The notes beneath the pieces are model-generated. The model made no database searches, was not told the origin of the DNA, and saw only the letters and a program-made list of their open reading frames with translations. A stretch of 64,000 bases of DNA. Source: Eledone cirrhosa (lineage: Eukaryota). Positions 55,426 to 64,000 of the stretch are shown one piece after another. Numbering within the stretch: the first letter of the stretch is position 1; the number at the start of each line of letters is the position of its first letter. Location: assembly GCA_964016885.1 (NCBI GenBank), contig OZ024757.1, positions 14,446,001 through 14,510,000 on the forward strand. Direction: 5' to 3'. The translations under genes and the position numbers were made by a program.

Positions 55426-56955
55426 AAATCCAATTAGTGTATATGTAAATACATGGTGTTTAAATCTGTCTATACACTCATTGTTGACTAAACAAATTCT
55501 GTAATACAAGACAGTATAGTATAACAAAAAAAAAACAAAAAAAAATATTAAAACAAACAACAGATGAGGAGATAAAAAAAAAACAAGACAAAAACACAAA
55601 ATGGGGGGAAAAAATGTATGATAGAAACCGAGGTGGGGAGGAGTTGGAGAGGGAGGGAAAGAGAGGGGGAAGAGGAGAGAGAGAGAGCTGGGGATGGTCA
55701 AGAGAATCGAATAATTGTCTGATATTGAATATTGTCTGTTGTTTTCTGTTATTGGGAAATAAAGAGCAACAAAAAGAAACAAACGAAAAAACCTCCCCAT
55801 CAGAAACCTAATTATCTGGTACTAATTAACGATGAAGTAGAGCTATGAATAACAAATTTATGGCAAACAGCTTGGAAATAAGAAAGTAACAGAGAAGTTA
55901 AAATATTGTTGAAGAGGAAAATATGGTTGTCGAGACACCTGAGTTCATATATATGTCTGTCTGTCTGTCTGTCTGTCTGTGTGAGTTGGTGAATGTGTTG
56001 GCATGTGATTTTGTCTGTGTATGTATGTGCATGTGTGTGCATGTGTGTGTATGTGTGTGTATGTGTGTGCATGTGTGTGCGTGTATGTGTGCATATGTGT
56101 GTGTATGTCTGTATAGAAAATAAATATTGGTCTAGAGACATATATATATATATCCATTCATATATGTGTGTGTGTGTCTGTGTGTGTGTGTGTGTGTGAG
56201 TGTGTGAGTGTGTGAGTGTGTGTGTGTGAGTATGTGTGTGTGTGTGTGTGTGTGAGTGTGTGTGTGTGAGTGTATGTATATATATATATAAGATAAAATG
56301 TCTGTCTGTCTGTGTGTCACTCTGTTTCTGTGAGTTGGTGAATGTGTAGGCATGTGATTTTGTCTGTGTGTGTATGTATGTGCATGTGTGTGTGTATGTC
56401 TGTATAGAAAATAAATATTGGTCTAGAGACATATATATATATATATCCATATATCCATTCATTCATATATATATGTGTGTGTGTGTATATATATGTATAT
56501 ATATATATATATATAAGATAAAATGTCTTTGTGTCTGTCTGTCTCTGTGAGTTGGTTAATGTGTAGGCATGTGATTTTGTCTGTGTGTGTATGTGTGTGT
56601 CTGTGTGTGTATGTGTGTGTATATGTGCATATGTGTGTGCATATAGAAAATAAATATTGGTCTAGAGACATATATATATACCACGATAAATTAACGGAGC
56701 CATAGGCCCTCGCCATTCCCTGTAAATAATGTGCTCAAAGGAGAAGAAATCCTGAGCTCTTTAAAATACAAAATGTTGAAAAGGTAACACACTAGAGAGA
56801 TATACAGTGCGCTATCAATAAAACAGGGAAAAAGCCACCAGTGTATGGAATCTATAACCTATGAAAGGCAGACTATAGACACGATAATTAAAAATATAAA
56901 TTAAAGCATAAATAAATACCTCTATAACTATCTAATGTATGAAATGTATGGCCTT

Positions 56956-57035
56956 ACACATGCTGATGAACCGAGGTTATTCCATATCTGTCAACAAATT
57001 ACTGCTGAAACATCTCTTTGGATTTGTACGTGTGT
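56956..57035 (+). ncRNA. Degenerate hammerhead in the loop of inverted repeat 56809-56931/57039-57162
   Basis: acacatg-CTGATGA-..-GAAA-ca..tg-TA-cgtgtgt; 7-bp stem I, stems II and III imperfect. Confidence 0.55.
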
Positions 57036-57162
57036 TATATAGTTATAGAGGTATTTATTTACGCTTTAATTTATATTTTTAATTATCGTGTCTATAGTAT
57101 GCCTTTCATAGGTTATAGATTCCATTCACTGGTGGTTTTTTCCCTGTTTTATTGATAGCGCA

Positions 57163-58937
57163 ACCAGTAACAGATTTAAAGATATTTTACTCAACGCCTA
57201 CGACAGTAAAGAAGAACAGATAGAGACATTTAATGTAGAAGAGAACTGGGAGTTCCTAAAAAATAATTTACTAGAGGCGACGGACGAGGTCTGTGGCTGG
57301 AGTAAGACCTCAAGCAGGAGGAGAGTAACTTGGTGGTGGAACAATAAGGTAGATGAAGCAGTCAAGGCCAAGAGACAGGCATGGAAAGAATGGAAGAACG
57401 GGGGGAGCAGGGTACATTACATAGAGACCAAGAGGGAAGCTAGGCGACAAGTATACTTAGCTAGGAGGGAAGCAGAGGATAGAAAATTCAAGCATGTTTT
57501 ACAACGTGAGGACCAGAAACAGGAGGTATTCAAGATTGCGAGGCAGTGTGTCAGAGATAGTTGTGATGTCATTGGAGAGAAGTGTATCCGGAATGATAAA
57601 GGTGAGCTTGCCCTCACAAGCGCTGAGAAGAAAGATGCATGGAAGAGTCATTATGATAGATTACTAAATGAGGAGAATGCATGGGAAGAAGAGACCCTAC
57701 CCCAAGTAGACCCTATAGAGGGACCAGCAGTACAAGTCAGTGGCAGCGTAGTAAGTAAGGCAATCAGAGATATGAAGATGGGGAAGGCAACCGGTCCATC
57801 GGGTATAGCTGCCGAGATGCTGAAGGCATCTGAGTCTGTAGGTCACACTATAACCACACGTATCGTTAACCAGGTAATACTAGAAGGGGCCATACCAAAA
57901 GATTGGTGCAATAGCATCATTGTCAACTGCTACAAAGGTAAAGGCGATGCACTAGATAGAGGAAACTATAGAGGTATAAAGTTGATGGACCAGGTCATGA
58001 AAATAACAGAAAGAGTTATAGCACAGCTGATTAGGGACCGGGTGAAAATAGACGAGATGCAATTTGGGTTTGTACCAGGAAGAGGCACCACTGATGCCCT
58101 CTTCCTTGTGAGGCAATTACAGGAAAAGTACCTAGCTAAAAGTAAGCCACTCTTCTTGGCATTTGTCGACCTTGAGAAAGCCTTTGACAGAGTTCGACGC
58201 GCTGTAATCTGGTGGGCTCTTAGAAAACTAGGAGTAGATGAATGGCTTGTGAAAGCGGTACAAGCCATGTATAGGGGAGCAGTCAGCAAAGTTAGGATTA
58301 GCAATGAGTATAGCGAGGAATTTAGCGTACAGGTTGGGGTCCACCAGGGCTCTGTTCTTAGCCCTCTCCTGTTCATCATAGTCCTGCAGGCAATAACGGA
58401 GGAGTTTAAGACCGGATGCCCATAGGAACTCCTGTATGCTGATGACCTCGCACTCATAGCTGAATCTATGGTAGAACTAGAGAATAAATTCCAAACCTGG
58501 AAGCAGGGACTAGAAAGAAAGGGTCTCAAAGTCAACATGACAAAGACTAAAGTCCTTGTAAGTAGACGAGAAAACAGAACCCAGATCCCCTCAGGGAAAT
58601 GGCCTTGCTCAGTATGTAGGAAAGGTGTAGGTAGGAACTCCATTCTCTGCCCCAAATGCAAACAATGGGTACACAAGAGATGTAGCGGGATCTCAGGAAG
58701 CTTAATTAAGAATGTAGGCTTCACATGCAGCAGCTGTGCTGAGACAGCAAACAGCAAACAGCCACAGGAAACAAGTACCACCAATCTCTGGGAGGGCCCT
58801 GTAGAAACAGTTGACAGCTTCTGCTACCTAGGTGACCGAATTAGCAACGGAGGTGGGTGTTCAGAAAGTGCAATAACTAGGGTTAGAACGGGATGGAAGA
58901 AGTTTAGGGAACTACTACCACTGCTAGCTGCAATTTA
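57163..58937 (+). mobile_element. RTE LINE fragment, divergent subfamily, truncated at both ends
   Basis: RT ORFs 57772-58425 and 58468-58938 separated by a TGG>TAG stop; no 3' tail. Confidence 0.9.
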
Positions 58938-59904
58938 GAATCTTTTCTCAAAGGCACATATACATACACCTCTTTAAAATATACCCATCTTCCCACCTTA
59001 CTTTAAAGGGCATTATACACTCTATAATACTTGTTTACTCATTACCCTCATTCTATCTTCACCTTGTAAAATCCCTCATAACATATACATTTATTTTTTT
59101 GACGTTAGAATATTCATCCGCAATCATTATTATTTTTTCTCTCTATCATAAATCTTTTTAATCTCAATTTCATCCTTAATTTATCATTTTTTTTTTTTCT
59201 CCCCATCAACGAACTCATTCTTAATACATATTAACTCCTTATTCGCATATATTATCAATTCCTTCAATATACAAACTTTAACTTCACATTATTTTTCTCA
59301 AATCCTTCTACACACAAACCTTAATAATTTTTCTCTTCGTTAATTTTGAAATTGCCACAATACTTATCAACACACACTTTTTTTGACGTTAGAATATTCA
59401 TCCACAATTATTATTTTTTCTCTCTATCTTCATACATAAATTCCCTTCGTTAATTTTCAAATTCCTTTAATTTATGTAAAACAATATATCTTTTTCTCAG
59501 TTATAAAAACTATCTCTTTCTCTCTATCACCCATCTCTCCCTCTCCACCTTCACTCTCATCTCCTCCCCCTTTCCCCCCCCCCTCCATAAATAAAATATT
59601 ATTTCCTCGCACATATCCTCCCTTCGTTAATTTCAAATTTTTAATTTATACATTATCTTCCAACGGTTTTCAACCTCTCTATGCAAAACAATATATTTCC
59701 TCTCAGTTATAAAAACTATTTCTTTCTTTCTCTCTATCACCCATCTCTCCCTCTCATCTCCTCCCCTTTTTCATCTTTTCCACCCCCCCTCTCTAAATAA
59801 AATATTTTTCCCAATATCACACATCAATCTAAAACCACTTTTCATATGTTGATTTAAAACTGCACTATCCACAAGTGTTTTTTAGCCTTCATATCATGTT
59901 CTCC

Positions 59905-59975
59905 TGTTTTATCTGATGAAAACACAAATATTATTGCATGATGATGTTTGTTTTTGAAATGCGCATAATAAAATA
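59905..59975 (+). ncRNA. Type I hammerhead at the 3' end of a ~1.1-kb pyrimidine-rich element (58937..60010)
   Basis: tgttttat-CTGATGA-aaacacaaatattatt gcat gatgatgtttgttttt-GAAA-tgcgca-TA-ataaaata; same family as 20600..21265. Confidence 0.8.
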
Positions 59976-60005
59976 CATGGAACTCCTTTAACCATCTTTT
60001 GATCT

Positions 60006-60132
<127 letters not shown>

Positions 60133-60140
60133 ATATGTAT

Positions 60141-60187
<47 letters not shown>

Positions 60188-60552
60188 TATATATATATAT
60201 ATGTATATAATATATATATATATATTATATATAGATGAGATTCTACAGGACTAGAACTGTTTCATTCTTTAGAAATCATCAAAAGAATGAAACAGTTCTA
60301 GTCCTGTAGAATCTCATCTATATTAAAACTTTTATACTCTGCAATGTATTGAGTACCTTACTTACTGTGGTTACCTCCGATTCAACCCGGAATAACGTAT
60401 ATTATATATATGTATATAATATATAATATATATTATATATATATTATATATATGTATATAATATATAATATATATATATATATATATATGTATGTATATA
60501 ATATATACTATATATATATTATATATATGTATATAATATATAATATATATAT

Positions 60553-62669
60553 ATCATCATCATCATCATCGTTTAACGTCCATATTCCATGCTCGCATGG
60601 GTTTGGACGGGAGTTTTCCCACTTGAGGCAAGAGTGGTTGTCTTGCTCGCATAGGACTGTCTGGCGGGTTTTCTACGGCTGGATACCCTTCCTAACACCA
60701 ACCACATTTACAGTGTGGAACTGGGAGGTTTTTACCGTGTTACCTACACGGCCACATTACAGCGTGGACTGTGTGTTTTTTTTGTCGTGACACCTACACG
60801 ACCTCATTTGTTTCGAACTGGATGTTGTGGTACCAACATAACTTTATATTGAAAGGGGTGGTGTGGATGGGGTGGGGGTAGTGGGACGGGGTGTATTTTG
60901 TTAGAGGTGCCTACTGACTGTAGTAGGTTTCACTTTGCACTAAGGTAAGGCGGGTCTTCTCTATTACTGAGTACCGCCAAAGGTCTCGGTCCAGTGACAT
61001 TGTCTTGGAGAGGTGTAAGTGTGTGAGGTCGGAATTTATCAAGTCGTCCCAGATTTTTCTGGGTCTGCCTACTCCGTGGCTATTGTCTATTTTTATTGCC
61101 CTGCACTTTTTTATACAGCTGTCGTCTTTCATGCGCATCACGTGACCATACCAACGTAGTCTTCTCTCGAGTAAACATCTGATCCCTCTTATTTCTAATT
61201 TCTCCCTTAGTTCGTTTATGCTTTGCCGTTTACGTATATTACTATTACACATCCAGCGGAGCATGCAAGCTTCGTTTCTCTCTAGTCTGCGTATATCCTC
61301 TGCAGACAATGCCCAGGTCTCACTGCCATGTAACATTGCTGTTCGTATGCAGGCATCATACAGCCTGCCTTTCATTTTTAGAGAGAACCCTTTAGCGGCC
61401 AATGGTGGTATAAGCTCTCTGAACTTTTTCCATCCCGTTCTGACTCTAGCTACTGTACTTTCAGAGCACCCTCCCGCACTGCTGATTTTGTCACCCAGGT
61501 AACGGAAGCTCTCCACTATTTCTATAGAACCATCTGTGCAATGGAATGAGTTAGTATTCTGTGGGCACTTGCTGCTACTTATTGCACCAGAGCACCGGCC
61601 ACATATAAAATCTATATTCTTAGTTAGCTTACCTGTGATCCCACTACATCTTTTATGTACCCATACTTTGTATTTGGGACATAAAATGGAGTTTCTACCT
61701 ACTCCTTTCCTACACACTGAGCATGGCTATTTCCCAGATGGGACCGGTGCCCTATTTTCCTTCCTACAAAGTAGAATTTTAGTCTTAGACAAGTTAACTT
61801 TAAGGCCTTTTGATTCCATGTTTGGAATTTCTTCTCTAGTTCAGCCATTGATTCAGCTATGAGTGTTAGATCATCTGCATATAGGAGTTCCCATGGGCAG
61901 CCGGTCTTGAACTCCTCTGTTATAGCCTGAAGGGCAATAATAAATAGTAGGGGGGCTAAGGACGGAGCCCTGATGAACACCAACTTTTACGCTAAACTCT
62001 TCACTATATTCGTTGTTAATTCTAACCTTGCTGACTGTTTCTTTATACATGGCTTGTATAGCTCTCACAAGCCATTCATCAACACCTAGTTTTCTAAGGG
62101 CCCACCAGATAATCGAGCAGGGTACTCTGTCAGAGGCTTTCTCCAAGTCAACAAAAGCTAAGTATAGGGCTTTACTTTTAGCTAGGTACTTCTCCTGTAG
62201 TTGTCGTACAATGAAAAGAGCGTCTGTTGTACTTTTACCTGACACAAACCCGAACTGCATTTCGTCTAGATCAATTCGCTCTCTGATTAGTTGCGCCATT
62301 ACTTTTTCTGTGACCTTCTTGACCTGGTCAATTAATTTAATGCCTCTATAGTTTCCCCTATCTAAGGCATCACCTTTACCGTTGTAGCAGTTAATGATGA
62401 TGTTGCTGCGCCAGTCCTTCGGAACGACCCCATTCTGTATGACTTGGTTTACTATCCGGGTGACCATAGTGTGTCCCACCGTTCCAGATGCTTTCAGCAT
62501 TTCGGCAACTATTTCCGAAGGCCTGGCCACCTTGCCCGTCTTCATGTCTTTGATCGCCTTACTTATTATACTACCTTCAACTTGCACTGCTGGTCCCTCT
62601 ATTGGGTCGATGTGGGGGAGACTGTCTTTCTCCCAATTATTCTCCTCATTTAGTAGCCTTTCGTAGTGA
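60553..62669 (-). mobile_element. 5'-truncated RTE LINE
   Basis: Frameshifted RT ORFs 61871-62669, 61699-61983, 60911-61717; 3' UTR and tail. Confidence 0.9.
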
Positions 62670-63760
62670 CTCAGTCCTCTTGCTTCCAACTGCTGTTTCC
62701 ATAGCCAGAATTTATTCTCTAGCTCCTCTACTGATTCTTCTATAAGGACCAGATCGTCAGCATAGAGAAGTTCCCATGGACAGCCAGTCTTAAACTCCTC
62801 TGTTATGGCTTGGAGGACTATAATGGAGGACAGTTGGAAGCAAGAGGACTGAGAGTGAACCTAGCTAAGACAAAAGTGTTGATGAGTAGAAAAGAGAACA
62901 AAACTCTGATTCCGTCAGGGAAATGGCCATGTTCGATATGCAGAAAAGGAACTGGCATAAATTCTATAAAATGCACACAATGCAGATCCTGGGTACACAA
63001 GAGATGTAGCAGGATAGCAGGCAAACTAACAGGTAGGTAGAAATATGTATGCAGTAGATGTACAGGGAAATTAGACAGTAGAAGTCGCATTGATAGACAC
63101 ATTTTTCAAATGCAGGAGGGCGCTATAGAAGTGGTGGATAGCTTCCGGTACCTAGGGGATCAGATTAGCATGGGAGGAGGGTGTTCTGAGGCCATAGTAT
63201 CTAGAATAAGGACGGGTTGGAAGAAGTTTAGGGAGCTGCTTCCTCTGTTGACGAAGAAGGGTTTCTCCCTGCGTACGAAAGGCCGGGTGTATGATGCCTG
63301 TGTGAGGAGCGCGATGCTGCATGGTAGTGAGACATGGGCAGCAACTGCAGAGGATATGCGACGGCTGGAGAGAAATGAGGCAAGCATGCTCCATTGGATG
63401 TGCAGTGTAAATGTGTGAGAATGACCCAGCATAAATGTGTTGAGAGAGAAACTGTGTCTGAGAGGGATGGAATGTAGTGCACGGGAGAGGAGACTGAGGT
63501 AGTATGGACATGTGATGCGCATGGAGGATGACCGATGGGTGAAGAAGTGCCAGGAAATGCCAGTTGAAGGAATACATGGTAGAGGTAGACCACGAAAAAC
63601 ATGGGCGGAGGTGGTGAGAACAGACCTCAGATCATTGAAGCTCACGGTGGAGATGACATAGGACCGTGGCGAGTGGAGAGATGCTGTGCTGAATAAGACC
63701 CGTCCCACCCTTGCAAGCAGGGAAAAGCGGACGTAAAATGATGATGATGATGATGATGAT
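62670..63760 (+). mobile_element. RTE LINE (short-UTR subfamily) with a 5' inversion
   Basis: 62670-62824 is the YADD segment on the minus strand; 62831-63760 continues on plus from QLEARGL to cccacccttgcaagcagggaaaagcggacgtaaaa(tga)n. Confidence 0.85.
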
Positions 63761-64000
63761 ATATATTAGTTACAGTGATGGTTTTTACAAGACATAGTTG
63801 AAAGGAAATATTTTCATATTTATACCAACACATATACACACATATATACATACACACACACACACACACAGATATATATATAAAATGATGAGATATATAT
63901 ATATATAGACGTTAAACGATGATGATGATATATATAGTTGAAAATGAACAAACAAAACACAGGAGGCAATAGTACATAGTTATATTAAGTTCACGCTTGA

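Noticed and set aside
57966-58784. 272-aa antisense ORF and similar ORFs opposite the RTE copies
   Set aside because: Shadow frames of the RT coding strand with no recognisable motifs

Overview
Eukaryotic, very AT-rich, microsatellite-laden DNA; the SINE/LINE repertoire suggests a cephalopod, probably octopus (inference). The only host coding sequence I can support is three minus-strand exons of a class III myosin kinase domain (41330-41231, 40026-39950, 32141-31996), so most of the window is probably intronic. The rest is a dense nest of mobile elements: RTE-clade LINEs of at least 3 subfamilies with a PHD-like finger inside ORF2 (one near full length), CR1-like and R4/Dong-like fragments, two tRNA-derived SINE families, a decayed hAT transposon, several MITEs and three minisatellites born inside elements. 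Most predicted ORFs are microsatellite artefacts. The main discovery is that many short 'islands' between (TA)n tracts carry type I hammerhead ribozyme motifs (stem I-CUGANGA-stem II-GAAA-short, often palindromic stem III-UH-stem I'). I count about 20 complete or near-complete copies plus several half copies, from at least 10 unrelated sequence families. They are usually embedded in fold-back inverted repeats, as expected for Penelope-like/retrozyme-type retroelements. They include compensatory U3:A8 core variants, U.U closure of stem II, and long branched stem II domains. All folds were assigned by eye and self-cleavage is untested.
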